Source of the DNA: Basidiobolus meristosporus CBS 931.73
Lineage: Eukaryota > Fungi > Basidiobolomycota
Length of the DNA stretch: 43,881 bases
Assembly (NCBI GenBank): GCA_002104905.1
Contig: MCFE01000701.1
Coordinates: 1-43,881, forward strand
Reading direction: 5' to 3'
Below are positions 1 to 12,774 of the stretch, piece after piece (positions within the stretch are counted from its first letter, which is position 1; every line of letters begins with the position of its first letter). Position numbers and translations under genes: made by a program. Under the pieces are notes generated by a model that saw nothing but the letters and a program-made list of their open reading frames with translations, searched no databases and was not told where the DNA came from.

Positions 1-480
1 TTGATTTTGGCAAGAAGTGGTAGTAAATCCTCAAAGTCCCCATTACTGATATTAGTGGAGACAAGCCACTTGTCCAATCACAACATCATATCATTCACCA
101 GTAGATGAATTACTAGCTTGCCTGACTCCATATTTATCTGGGGCACTTTTTTCCATTGGCATTATGTTGTTAGATATTGGGATTTTGTTGAGCTCATACA
201 GGGTATTGTTGCTAGGGGAGGTTGACTCACAATCCAGCAATAAGTCTGCTTCTTTAGAGCTATCACTCTGTGTGCCATATTCATTAGGCTGGGGTGAGCC
301 TAAAAATGTCACAAACTCAGCTGACTCAGCTTGTGCAAGGTGACAAGTACAGGCAGGTGTTGTTACAGAAGTATCAGCTGGCTGACAAGATATTATTAGA
401 ATAGTAGTGACTGATGACTAGTCAAATGTGACATATGTAGCAAAACACTGGCCATGATCATTGCAATACTTCCTATGCGG
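1..480 (-). pseudogene. CACTA transposase N-terminal remnant
   Basis: Peptide MTFLGSPQPNEYGTQSDSSKEADLL matches the 31592..32188 and 28824..29060 ORFs. Confidence 0.75.
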
Positions 481-738
481 TCTCTTATGGCGTAATATCT
501 AAGCAGTCTTGTCCATTAGGTTAATAGTTTGACACTCAGCAATGTAGCACTTATATATCATCTTTTTGTCAATTCTCATGTGAACTTAGGATAGTTATCT
601 ATTTGAGACATGGCACCTAGATGAATGTAGGATTCAATGATGACCTGCCATAGTCAGAATTATAAACAAAGCTGTGGCCTCACATACACATGTATGTGTA
701 ACATCATCTCACCTTTAGTTTGACTTACTTCCATATAG

Positions 739-1872
739 ATGCTACCAAATAATAAAGCAAAGTTGTCTGATTTCAGCCAACCCCCAGTTCAAACTATAGC
801 AGAAGAGTGGCCAGAAAACAGCTTGATCTGATATTGAGTGAAACAAGCAGAGCTGTATTCAAAAGGACTATGTTGAGAGCGTGCCCACTGAAGGCAATAA
901 TGCAACTTGTGAGATTCTCAGTCAAGTAGGCAATTGAGAATATCTTCAGAGCTGAAAGCTGGCCATAATACTCAAGCAGATGAAAATTTGTTAAATGCAG
1001 TACCTTTTGTTCAAGACCAGCAAGTGGCAAACATAACATCAATACTACCTGTATTAGCAAGTATGTGTTGGTTTATACCCAAGCATTAATGGGGCAGCTT
1101 GGTGCAGTGGCAGATAGGATAGAGGCAATGGCCCAGGAAAATCTGGAAAAGCTCCAGATTCAGGATGCGCAGATAATACATGTAGAGCAATCAATGTTTA
1201 AGGTAGAAAAAGCAGTGCCCAGGCTACATCAAAGGCACTCAAATAGCTAATGTCACTGCCAAGAATCAAGCCGTTTCCTTAGGTAACAGAGGAGAAACAG
1301 CATACAGTGTACGTAGCTCATTGACAGTGCCAAAAGGTAAAGCTTACAGAAAAACCTATCACATGACAGGAGCAAGAGTCTGCAGCATTCACACTCAAGC
1401 CCAAATATGACAGGATACCAAGGATCTATGAAGCTTCTGAGTGCACTGATGAACAGTGGGCTAATATTGTACAGGCTTTTATAAATGTAGTATGGCATCA
1501 CATCAAGGTCTGTATACCATGGGACTATCAAGAGGTCAAGGCCAAGCAGAAAGAGCTTGACCTGGTCCAAGAGCGTTATCCTTGCATCAAACAAGCAAAA
1601 GACTTTGGGTCTGCATCAGTGAGCTAAGAAAGCATCTCAAGAGTAGTTGACACCACTGAAGGCAAAAGAGAAAGGGTGCCTTGGCTTAAACAAGCAACTT
1701 TCTTCAGAGCCTGTCATAAGCAGGGCTGAAAGCACCAAAAATTAGCATAGAAATATGATCTAATTGCAATAGTTTCCGCAAGGGATAAGTAGGCAAAATT
1801 AGATGCTACAGGGCAGCATTTATTGAGGAGAAAATTTAGCCAATACTGGAAGCACTCAGTACAACAAGCAGT
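739..1872 (+). pseudogene. CACTA accessory gene remnant
   Basis: ATG context ttccatatagATG matches 32471. ORF 1065..1250 ALMGQLGAVADRIEAMAQ matches ALMKQLGAVADRIDAMAQ. Confidence 0.8.
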
Positions 1873-1874
1873 CA

Positions 1875-2906
1875 ATTCAGCTTCAGAGGGTGTTAAGCAG
1901 GTGGAGCTGTTGTTGGGCAACTATTCTTGATGTACACTGCAGTAACAAAAGATTTGGCAACAAACATATGTGCTATTGCCTTGTCATATTGTACATATCT
2001 TCCCACCAATACTTTTATTCTATTTGCATAGTTGGCTACTCCATTTTGCTGAAGAGTATTTAAAGCAGTGTCCTCAACAGTGCTGTCTCTCATTGTCACT
2101 TCAGCCACCTGTGATTTAGGCCCAGGTTGTGGTCTTGCCATGCTTTTTAAGTCCCTGAAAACTTCAAGATCATTGCTTTTAGTTTGTTGGAAGTACCCCA
2201 TGGAAATCTTGTCTTGTCATCAGCAAGTATCATCAAACATCAACTGGCTTCAGAAAACAATGATCTTATAGACAAGCATTTATCTGAGTGCCCAATAGCC
2301 AGTGTTCTGGGGGTTCAAATGCCTTCCAAGGTTCTGAAGCACTGCCTAGTATGTCTATCATAGAAATATCTAGTGCAGATGCTCAATTTGATTGCAAATG
2401 TGTAATTGCAACCCAAAGCAAGTTACTTTCTCACAGTAGGGTTATTGTCTGTTCCTTGATATGTCTAAGCCTCCTGCATCTCATATGCCTGTCATTTTTA
2501 TCACTTTCAGCTGTGCTAGCATTGTTAGATAGGAACAATATTGCATAGCAACTTTAATGTATTGTGATCTCTACTTGCCAGAGCTAACACATATACATAC
2601 TCACTCTATATGGGGCAGCAGAGCTTAGTAAATGCAAGTTTTAGTCCCTGAGTAGTTACAGCAAGTTGTCCTCTGGCTTCTTTCTGATGTTGACAAACTT
2701 ACTTTTTAAACAAGCTTACTTGATTCTGACTTTGTTCTGATAATCTTCTCTAGGGATTTGCATGCTGCTGTGGCTGAACTAGAAGCATGAACTCTTCAAT
2801 GAAAGAATCTTCACATTGATACATATACTTTCCAAGGCTTTCCTCTTCTTCTCTTAAAACCTGTTAGCTCCTTCTGGTATTACATTGGGCTTATTCTTTT
2901 TTTCCT
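1875..2906 (-). mobile_element. Old, internally deleted copia-1 copy (gag and integrase remnants), left part
   Basis: Reverse complement aligns to 3440-3700 and 4385-5215. ORF 1893..2201 retains QQNGVA and VTAVYIKNSCPTT. Confidence 0.8.
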
Positions 2907-2911
2907 ATTAC

Positions 2912-3280
2912 TGTTGAAATATTGGACTATTTGGTATCATTCAGCAGCTAAATATTTACTTAACAATTCTAGGCTAGTCTTAGTCACTGTAGGACTCATT
3001 TACTGCCTTAACTTTGCCACTTTCTCCAGATATATGATCTTATGATTATTCCCCTATAGTCAGGATCAAATTAGCACTATTACCAAACATTATGTACTAA
3101 CCCTGAAACTGTTACAGAATGCTCCTGAATATTGAGAAACCCTCCCTACTTAGTGTTGCAGCTGTATTACTTCTACAAAGGTATAAATACTGAGCTTCTT
3201 TATGAATAAACAACAGTTCAACTATTATCACTATTTCTTGATAAGTTCCTTATATCCAAACCACTTCTTAAGTTGCAACA
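2912..3280 (+). repeat. copia-1 5' LTR
   Basis: TGTTG...CAACA, TATAAATA at 3182, AATAAA at 3205; 3 mismatches to 7226-7594. Confidence 0.98.
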
Positions 3281-3292
3281 GGTTATGAGCCC
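3281..3292 (+). promoter_or_regulatory. Primer-binding site GGTTATGAGCCC (half-molecule initiator tRNA-Met type)
   Basis: Directly follows the LTR and is complementary to GGGCUCAUAACC, the tRNAi-Met anticodon arm. The same motif occurs at 20428. Confidence 0.85.
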
Positions 3293-3316
3293 CGATTGCC
3301 TTAATCTATTCTAAAG

Positions 3317-6300
3317 ATGACTTCTACCAGCAAACAAAGCAATACCAACATCTTCCCTGTAAAGGAGAGGTTTGATGGGAAGAACTGCAGACTTTGGAGA
3401 ATCAAGATGCAGATCCACCTTGAGGAAAGAAAGCTTTGGAACATAGTAACAGGAAATGAAGTTGAGCCCAAAGGAACAGCAGAAGATTTGGAGAAGTTTC
3501 AAGAGAAGGAGAGAAAGGCCTTCAATGCAATATGCATCAATGTGCAAGACTCCTTCATTGGACAAATCCATGCCTCAAATACTGCCAAAGCAGCATGGGA
3601 ATCCTTGGAGAAGATCTTTAGAGCAAAGTCAGTATCAAGCAAGCTTTATTTGATACAAAAGTTCTTCAACATGAGAAAAAAGCCAGATGATGACATGCTA
3701 CAACTCATTACCAGAATGGAGACACTTGCTGAAGAACTTTACAGTATTAATGCTGGTGTAGATGATGAAGAAAAGATACTCTGTCTGCTTTGCAGCCTAC
3801 CAGACGAGTATGAGCCACTCATACTTTCTTTTGAAAGCAGAGAAGACAACTTGACTTTAGACTATGTCAAAGGAAGACTTCTCCATGAAGAACTCAGACG
3901 TAATGACCAAGCAGAGAAAATTGAAGATAATGCTTTATTCAGTTCAGAAAGGCATACAGAAAAGAAGGGAAAGCAACAAAACCAAAGAAAACCTGGCTGC
4001 TGTAACTACTGTAAGAAGCCAGGACACTGGGCAAGAGAATGCAAGAAGAAACAAGCAGACAAAAAACAGAAACTAGAGCAGGCAAACCATAAGTACTGAT
4101 GAACAGCTATTTGTCACTGTACAAGAGAGTGCAAGTAACTGAAGTAATGAATGGTATATTGACTCTGGAGCATCACAGCATATTTGTGGTATAAAGGATT
4201 GGTTCAGCAACTTAAAGACTATTCCCGTAAGAAAGGTTTATCTGGGAGATAACTCTGCATTGGAAGCTACCGCCAGCGGGTCTATACAACTAAATATGAG
4301 TGATAACTCAGGGGCAACAACAGCAAAACTGACTGACGTACTCTATGTACCTGGAATAGCTACGAATCTACTCTCAGTCAGTAAAGCAACTACTCAGGGA
4401 CTGAAATTTGTTTTTACTAAGCTGAGCTGCTCAATATTGAGTGAAAATGGACAAAAATTAGCTTTGGGAATCAGAGATCACAATATATACAAGTTACAAT
4501 GCAAGATCATTGTACCTGAGTATGTCAACATTGCTGAAACTGATGAAACCAACTGGGAGACGTGGCATAGGAGGCTAGGACACATAGGAAAACAGAAAAT
4601 GAGCCAATTGGCAAAAAATCAGCTTGTTTTGGGCCTAAAATACTCAATCCCAATCAAATTGAATGTTTGTAAGGGATGTTCATATGGCAAACAAGCTAGG
4701 CAACGTTTCAAGAGCTCAGAAGGCATCAATACCACCGAAATATTGGCTATTGTACACTCAGACATATGTGGCCCCATGAGAACACTGTCCTTTGGAGCCA
4801 AGAGATACTTTATGACGTTTATTGATGACAAGACAAGATATACATGGGTGTACTTCCTCAAAACAAAGGATGAAGCTTTAGAGACGTTCAAGCACTTCAA
4901 GAACATGGCAGAAACACAAACTGGGTGTAAATTGAAGGTACTACAAAGTGACAATGGAGGAGAATACTGCTCAAAGGAGTTTGCAAAATACTGCTTGTCT
5001 ACTGGTATACTTCAACAGACCACAGTTCCTCATACTCCACAGCAAAATGGAGTAGCAGAATGTGCAAATAGAACAATTACAGAGATGGGAGATCTATGCT
5101 ACATGATAAGGGAATGGACTACAAGTTTTGGGCTGAATCTGTTGCTACCGCTGTATACATCAAGAACAGATGCCCAACAACAGCACTACGTGATTCTACA
5201 CCCTTTGAAGCATATACAGGCAAAAAACCAGATCTCCAGCACCTCAGGATCTTTGGCAGTGATGTTTTTTATCACATCCCTGACAAAAAACGCTCAAAGT
5301 TGGAACCAAAGAGCAGAAAAGGGATCTTTCTTGGGTATTGTGAAGATACTAAAGGGTATAGAGTGTATGATGGCAAAATTCAGAAGCTGATCAAGAGCAG
5401 GGACGTTGTATTTGAGGAGAATTCAGATCAGAAAGCCACAGAAATCATTGGCCAGCTGCCTGATGATGCAATCAACACAAATGAAGAAGATACGTACCAA
5501 ATCCAGCCAGAGATGGAAGATACTTCTACCAGTTCCAGATCAGAACAGATTATCCCAGTTAGGAGATCTACCAGAATAAGAAATGCCCCTGGATCCTGGT
5601 GGCAGACATCCAATGATCATGAAGAAGCTTATCTTGCCTTATGTGCCAAACCTCAGAATCTGGAACAGGCAATGCAAGGTCCAGATGCTACTAAGTGGCA
5701 ACAAGCCATGCAGGAGGAGTACCATTCACTGATCAAGGCAAAAACGTGGGAACTGGTAGATTTACCAAATGGGAGAAAGCCAATAGGATGTAGATGGGTC
5801 TACAAGATCAAGATAACCTCAAATGGTGCTGTTGATAAGTACAAGGCTAGATTGGTAGCTAAAGGCTATTCCCAGATCCAGGGACTAGACTTTAAGGAAA
5901 CATTTGCTCCGGTTGCCAAGTTTAACTCTATTAGGACAGTTCTAGCCCTGGCAGCTGTACACAGCCTAGATCTACACCAAATGGACGTCAAAACAGCCTT
6001 TCTAAATGGGGATTTGCAAGAAACTATATATATGGAGCAACCAGAAGGTTTTACCAATCCAAAAAGCCCCCATAAGGTGTGCAAACTTAGAAAATTGCTG
6101 TATGGGCTTAAGCAGGCACCCAGAGCATGGTATAACAAGATTGACACATATCTAGAGGAAATTGGGTTCTCTTGTAGCACTGCAGATCACAGCATATATG
6201 TGAAACAGCTCAAAAAGGGTGTGATCATCCTAGTTCTTTATGTGGACGACCTAATTATAGCTACAAGTGATCAAGAGGCACTTAAACAGACAAAATCAGA

Positions 6301-7231
6301 TCTCTTCAGCAAGTTTGAGATGAAAGATCTTGGAAAATTGAGCTATTTTCTTGGAATTGAGGTCAGATTTGACATACCTACGCAGAAAATTGTGCTGAAT
6401 CAGTCTAAGTACATCAGGGACATTCTTAGACGCTTCAAAATGGATAATTGCAAACCTGCAGCAACCCCTATGGACAATAACCTGAAATTAAGCAAATCTC
6501 AGCCAGTTATAGATGAAAACGGCTCAAATATGGACCAAAACTTTCCCTATCAATCAATGGTTGGTAGCCTAATGTACTTGACGGTGTCTATACGTCCAGA
6601 TATTGCCGTAGCAGTTGGAATAGTCAGTCAATTCATGCAGAATTATGGATCAGATCAAATTGCAGCAGTTAAGCGGATTTTCAGATATCTACAAGGTACC
6701 ATAAATATGGTACTGGAATACTCTGGAGCAGCAAATAGGCGAAAATTTGATGGTTATAGTGATTCAGATTGGGGTAGAGATTTGATTGACAGACGCTCTA
6801 CCACAGGCTATGTATTTCTTAATGCTGGTGCAGCTATTACTTGGAATTGCAAGAAACAACCAACTGTGGCACTATCTACAACTGAAGCCAAATATATGGC
6901 TGCATGTCAAGCAACTAAGGAGGCTATATGGCTACAAAAATTATTCAAAGACTTAGGTTTTAATTCAGGTGAACCAACATGTATTTACAAGGATAATCAA
7001 AGTTGTATTTCATTAGATAGAAATCCTACTAATCATGCCAGAACTAAGCACATTGATATACAGCATCACTTTGTGAGGGAAGCTGTAGAAAATAATTTAG
7101 TAGAGCTGGTTTACTGCCCAACTGACAAAATGGTGGCAGACATATTGACAAAACCACTAGCTAGGCCACAGTTTGAGATCCTTAGAGAGAAATTGGGATT
7201 AAGAAATTATTTAGTTGAGGGGGAGTGTTGA
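3317..7231 (+). pseudogene. gag-pol: copia gag-pol polyprotein with frameshifts near 4090 and 5090 and a TGA at 4140
   Basis: CCHC knuckle CNYCKKPGHWAREC, protease WYIDSGAS, integrase WHRRLGH/VHSDICGP/FIDD/DNGGEY, RT YGLKQ and LYVDD, RNase H GYSDSDW and KHIDI. Confidence 0.95.
7217..7225 (+). promoter_or_regulatory. Polypurine tract
   Basis: GAGGGGGAG immediately before the 3' LTR. Confidence 0.85.
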
Positions 7232-7594
7232 AATATTGGACTATTTGGTATCATTCAGCAGCTAAATATTTACTTAACAATTCTAGGCTAGTCTTAGTCA
7301 CTGTAGGACTCATTTACTGCCTTAACTTTGCCACTTTCTCCAGATATATGATCTTATGATTATTCCCCTATAGTCAGGATCAAATTAGCACTATTACCAA
7401 ACATTATGTACTAACCCTGAAACTGTTACAGAATGCTCCTGAATATTGAGAAACCCTCCCTACTTAGTGTTGCAGCTGTATTACTTCTACAAAGGTATAA
7501 ATACTGAGCTTCTTTGTGAATAAACAACAGTTCAACTATTATCACTATTTCTTGATAAGTTCCTTATATCCAAATCACTTCTTAAATTGCAACA
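7226..7594 (+). repeat. copia-1 3' LTR
   Basis: Direct repeat of 2912-3280, followed by TSD ATTAC. Confidence 0.98.
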
Positions 7595-7599
7595 ATTAC

Positions 7600-7900
7600 T
7601 CCGTTCCAAATCTTTCTTTCTTCATTGGGGGTCTGCATCTTAATTCTCATTAACCTATAGTCTGTCCAGATAAGCCTCTCCTTAACAGCAAAGAGCTTTG
7701 TATTGTTCTGGTTATTGGTAAAAGCCATCATCTGAATAGATCAAAGCAATTGGGGCTTCTAACCTATTGCAAGTTATAAGTGTATTGTATGTAAGGAGTT
7801 TACCAAGAAATGGTCATAATAGCTAACTATTATTGTTCCATAAATCAGATTGGTATTTCTTTCTATATAGAAGCATTACAACTCTAACACTAGGTACTAC
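7600..7900 (-). mobile_element. Old copia-1 copy, right part (LTR 3' end, decayed PBS, gag start); right end approximate
   Basis: Reverse complement cttgcaataggttagaagcccc resembles ttgcaacaggttatgagcccc. It translates NNQNNTKLFAVKERL...ERKIWNGV, similar to the gag N-terminus at 3317. Confidence 0.8.
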
Positions 7901-7949
7901 CTGAGCTTTCCAATACTGACCACAGGACAGTCCTAGGAAGCACTGCTTA

Positions 7950-10900
7950 CAGCCTACTAACCATGAAGGCAATACATGAGAGGAATTTGCTTTGAAGGTA
8001 TTTTAATCATATTTGACCCCTTGGCAAGTTTTTTTAAAGTTTACTCTATTGAATAAAATATCTATAGAGCATCCAAAGTTTATAAGCATCTCCTGGTAGA
8101 TAAGACTTGCAACTTCTTGTTCAGTGGTCACTGGTACTGCTTTAGCCACTGGCCATTTAGTGGCATAGTCAATTACTACTAGGATCCAACAGTTGCATTT
8201 CCTGTTGGTTGGTGGTCATCCAATAAAGTCAATTCCACATCTCTCAAATGGCCTCACAGGCTCCAAGGGAATAAGTACAGCAGCTCTCTGTGGATAGCCT
8301 TTGCTGATTTTACAGTTTGGGCGTGTCTTCACCAGCTTCTCAATGTCTTGTTGCATTCTTGGCCACCATGCTCAGGCTGTCACAAGGCTATAGGTTCCTT
8401 CAATTCCAAGATGTCAGTATTCATTGTGTAGCTTATGTATTAAGTCCAGGTGAGCAATATAAGGGCACTAGGCAATAGGGCTTCCACCAACAATATATTA
8501 GAGTGCTTCATTCTGTACTATAAATTTGCTGGCTTCATCCTGTAATATTATTAGGCCAATCTGATTCATGCACCAAGTTGAGTTATGTAACTTGTTCTAA
8601 TCTTGATAAGGCATCAGCAACCATGTTGTTTTTCCCAGGGCAGTAGACACTCCCCAAGTCAAGTTGCTGAATGTACTCACTCCATCTTGTTATTCTTCTA
8701 GAGAGTACCTTCTGAGTAAATATGTACTTGAATGATGTGTGATCAGTCCTCATAGTAAAATTGACTCCTTCAATGTAGCATCTGCAGGACTTCATCCAGT
8801 GTATTATGGCATGCAACTCCTTCTCATGCACTGGATAGTTTTGTCCTGTTGAGTTCAGTTTCTGGCACTCAAAGCAACTGGGTGGTCCTTTCCCTGATGT
8901 TCTTGGTTCAGTACTCCACCAATGGCATAGCATGAAGCATCAGTCCACAGAGTAAATTCTCTTCTGAAGTCTGGGATTTTTGAGCTTGGCCGCTTAGCAA
9001 GTTCATTGTTAAGTGTCTGAGATGCAGTCACACAGACTATGCCCCACTTCATGGTATTGTCTTTCTTGAGAATATCAGTTGAAGGGGTTGCAAAACTTGC
9101 AAAGGACTTGTCAAACCTCTAATAATAGGAAACCATTCCAAGGAATGCTCTGAGTTCTGATACTCTATGGGGCTGCTTCTGCTTCTTGATTACATCAACC
9201 TTCTTGGGGTCTAAGGTCACTCCTGTGCTAGTCACTGTGCATCCCAGGTATTCAACATGTTCCTTTAAGAATACACATTTTGCTAGCTTGCTCTAGAGCT
9301 TGTTCTCTCTTAGCTTCTTCAAGACCTTTTCAATATGCACCAAGTGGTCCTTGTCTGTCTTGCTGTATATCAATATGTCATCTAGGTAGATACCACAAAC
9401 ATGTCTAAGTAAACCTGGAAAACTTTTGCATCAAGGTCATGAATGTTGCAGGGGCATTGGTGAGGCCAAAACTCATGACTAAGTACTTGTGCATATCTGA
9501 TCCTGAATGCCATCTTAGGGATGTCTTCTGGTTTGAAACTAATCTGTTTGTATCCTGACATAAGATCAATCTTGCTGAATTTGTTTGCTCCATTAAGCTG
9601 GTCCAAAAGCTCATCAATCCAAGGTTTGGGGTACTTATTCTCCACAGTAACCAATTTGAGGGCTCTGTAGTCAATGAACAACCTAAGTGCTCCATCATTC
9701 TTTTTTGCAAAAGGAACCGGTGTGGTAGGGTAAACATACCTCCCACAGACAAGTTTACTCATGTAGTCATTATGATATATTTATCCATATTTTATCTTAT
9801 CAGTATTATCCCATTCTTCTTTTGCCCATATTATCAGTATTATCCCCATATGATGTTTACCCTGATTAGTTATTAGCATTAGTTATCCCAGATGTTATTC
9901 AGCTTTGTGATCAGTATATGTATCTACATAAGGCAAGTACCCGCGTCAGTACCCGTGACACATGACCTAAGTCTGTGTTACCATCCCTACCATTTCAATA
10001 CCATATATGGTATTTCTATGTTGCACAGGTTTCAGACTACTGATTTCTGATTGGTTGAATGTGCTGTGCCTTTTAGAACCTTCCAGGACATTCTTGGCAT
10101 ATTTTTAGCTCATAGTGATGTCATCAAGAATTACACTGATACCTAGAATCTTCTAGAACCTTGTCATTAGTAATCACTTGGCAATCAGGAAAAGTATTTA
10201 ATGGAAAGCAATCCCTCATCAATAAATCATCCCATCTATCAGTAACACTTCTACCTTACTGATTAGCAGTTGATTACTGCACCTGCCTTCAACAGTACAT
10301 CTCAGACCTGCCATCAAGGAGCTTTTCAGGGTAGTGCACAAGACACACAGAGGCCTTTGGAGACACTTGGAGCACCTAGGAAGCTAGAGAAGTAGGAGCT
10401 TTTACCATAGTGACATATTGACAAAGACACCAGCAGTTTAGACCCAGAGGTTATTGCACCCATCAGACACCTCACACACCTTGAGTTGTGTAGCTTCTCC
10501 CAGGAGTACCTCTACACCACCATACTGGTACTACCCAAAATGACTTGCTGGGTCTGATATATCCTTGCTCAAATAGCTGATTTATTTGTCTCTTCATTTC
10601 TTCCAACTCCAATGAACACATTCTGTAAGGTGTCTTACTCACTGGAAGGCGCTCTCCTGTGTCAATTGCATGATTCACATCTCTGACTGGTGTTAGGCTT
10701 ACATGTTCACTTGGAAATATGTCTGAGTATTCCTTCAGAAGAGTCTGAGCCTTCTGAGGTACTGGAGTAGAGGAAGCTCCTGTAATAATGACATTGGGAA
10801 CATCTGGGCACCTTTTCTAAGTGCTCTACAGAGCTGTGTCTTGCTAAGTTTACTTTTTTCACATGCATTGAAATTGAACAAGTTGAAATCCAGTCTAGCA

Positions 10901-12370
10901 GGTAATAGCTCATAGGTCTTGATGTCCTTCTGGATAGGAATAGGACAGGTTCTCTGGTTGATTGATGGATTGTGACAAAATAGCTAGATTTTTCCAAGTA
11001 CAAAGTTAAACTTGTATTATTCCAATATATAGGCCTGTAGATCTTCTTCATAGACATTGATTGATATTCTTACTCCCTGAGTAATAAAGTTGACTATGTG
11101 AGAGTTCCCATCAGCTGTTGAGCCTGAAGGTGATTTGGTGTGTTCTGAGTTGGTTCCAGCTTTCAAGGCAAATTGCTCTGACATAGAGGCAAACAAAGCT
11201 CCTGAGTAAATCATGATTTTGGCAAGTACTCCATTGAGTACTTCATTCAAGTATAATAGCCTTCCTGAGTTCAAGGTCACATGGAATAGGTATTCTTCTA
11301 ACATATGGAAGGTGAGTTCTGAGTCTTCTGCATGTTCATCCTCCTTGTTACTATGCCCAATGGCTTCAATATTGTTGAGGGTTCTTGATAGCTGGTGTCC
11401 ATTCCTTTTCTGAGGGTAGTACTTTGCAACATGTCCTTGCTAGTGGCAATTAAAGCAAAGTCCTTTCTTCTTGCATTCTTCTGAGGTGGGATTCTTCAGC
11501 ATAGTGTCTATTTTAATTGACACAGCTTCTGATTGTCTTCTTTGAAAGTGACTGTAGCCTCTTTGATTAGTCCCTGTGGGCTTCCCAACTCAAAACATAG
11601 CCAAGTCCTGGTCAATGGTAATCTTGTTGGCTTCTTTGATAGCCTCAGGTGTTCAAAAACTCACTTCCTTGCAAGTTCTTTCTTTCAACTCATCAACAAA
11701 GTATTCCACTTGATCCAGTGGGTCCATTTTTTCAATTTGTCCAAGTAGATATCTATTTTCATAGATGTACTCTCAAACTTTTCCTTTGTGCCTGAGTGTC
11801 TTCAGCTTCCTTCCTGGTAGTGACTGCTGGTGTGGGGGCTGCAAATTATCCTGAATTTCTGACATAAACTCTTCCCAGGCAGAGATTGTAGAGCATCCTG
11901 TCATGGTGGTTGCCCTGATTTTGTTGTGGTACTACTGTAAAGCTGCATCTGGAAAGTAAGAGGCTGCATAATGCACCTTGTTTTCTGGAGCAATTCCCTC
12001 AGCCTTAAAAGCTTATTCAATCTGAAAGAGCCATGCTGCATGGTTCTCATTAACTCTAACATGGTACCAGTTGATTATCAAACTAAAGTTGCTCTTGACA
12101 GGGATTTGCTGGTTCCTGGTAATAGTAGTCACTCCTTGTTGCTGCTAACTAAGGATCTGGAGTAGCTGTTGCTGCTGGTCCAGGATTTGCTGTATAACAT
12201 TCTCCATTTTTGATTTTCTGATATCTTGAGGGAAGCTTTTTCCTTCTTCAAGGGGGAGGTTTCTGGTTATTGCTGCTACCAATGTTCCAAGTCTTGATAT
12301 AAGAGTTCTAAAAGCAAAGGGAGTTTGGCTAGTATTTGATTCACTAAAATGTAAGCTGATTTGCAATTGA
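7950..12370 (-). mobile_element. Degenerate Ty3/gypsy copy (gypsy-1 family), 3'-truncated in integrase and retaining only the end of the 5' LTR; ends approximate
   Basis: Reverse complement is roughly 80% identical to 12690-16350. Remnants of RT (9382..9762), RNase H (TDASCYAIGG) and protease; PBS TGGTAGCAGC at 12281-12272. Confidence 0.9.
9721..10524 (+). mobile_element. Solo LTR related to the gypsy-2 family, inserted in gypsy-1 RT
   Basis: Starts TGTGGTAG and ends CACCACCATA; blocks match 33436-34505. Flanks CCGG/CTGG, and removing it restores the host APVLF region. Confidence 0.85.
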
Positions 12371-12404
12371 CAGTCATAACATCACCACCACCTGTGATAG
12401 CAAG
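12371..12404 (+). mobile_element. About 35-bp fragment of the CACTA accessory gene
   Basis: gtcataacatcaccaccacc...tagcaag matches 41231-41262. Confidence 0.7.
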
Positions 12405-12773
12405 TGTTACAATCTGCTGCTTGAATGTTTAAGTTAGATCTGTTTTTAGTCAAATCAATTAGTATATGTTTAGGTTATCAGTATATTAGTATTATCTATC
12501 AAATCAGTAGCATTAGTCAGCAAATGAATCAGCAGATCCTTATCAGACAGAAATAGATATATTAAGTAGGATCTTATTGGGTGATGATGATGCAATCAAA
12601 TGAGTCATCAGCCACAACCTACATTATGAAATACAATTAGTCAGCAATTGAACCGGCAAAAGTGTATATAAGGAGCTGCTGGAACCTCAATAAAGATCAG
12701 TTCAAGTTTTAGTGAATGCAATACTAGCTAAGCTCCCTATTCCTCTACAACTCTTATACCAAGACTTGTAACA
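12405..12773 (+). repeat. gypsy-1 5' LTR
   Basis: TGTTA...TAACA; about 19 differences to the 3' LTR by eye. Confidence 0.95.
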
Positions 12774-12774
12774 T

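Larger units (their letters stand above)
1..1872. mobile_element. Degenerate CACTA/EnSpm-family copy A (transposase 5' part, intergenic region, accessory gene); right end approximate
   Basis: Colinear with 31680-33435 and 40531-42060. ORF 91..312 matches LGSPQPSEYGMQS of the transposase N-terminus. Ends where copia integrase homology begins near 1875. Confidence 0.85.
2912..7594 (+). mobile_element. Full-length Ty1/copia LTR retrotransposon (copia-1), youngest element in the window
   Basis: TG...CA LTRs of 369 bp, 5-bp TSD ATTAC at 2907-2911 and 7595-7599, PBS, PPT, and gag-PR-IN-RT-RH domain order. Confidence 0.98.

Noticed and set aside
4085-4145. Programmed gag/pol frameshift in copia-1
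   Set aside because: The second copy reads CAT ATA ACT ACT GAT GAA in frame, so the young copy simply has a 2-bp deletion plus a separate TGA.
5085-5100. Overlapping ORFs 4260..5390 and 5096..7231 as two genes
   Set aside because: A 1-bp deletion relative to the 21670 copy splits one integrase; the tail of the first ORF is out-of-frame filler.
9997-10014. Perfect 18-bp palindrome AATACCATATATGGTATT in the solo LTR
   Set aside because: It is AT-rich and only partly conserved in the related LTR near 33715, so no function can be supported.
2912-12773. Identical 369-bp LTR length in copia-1 and gypsy-1
   Set aside because: The two LTRs share no sequence similarity beyond TGTT...AACA, so this is treated as coincidence.
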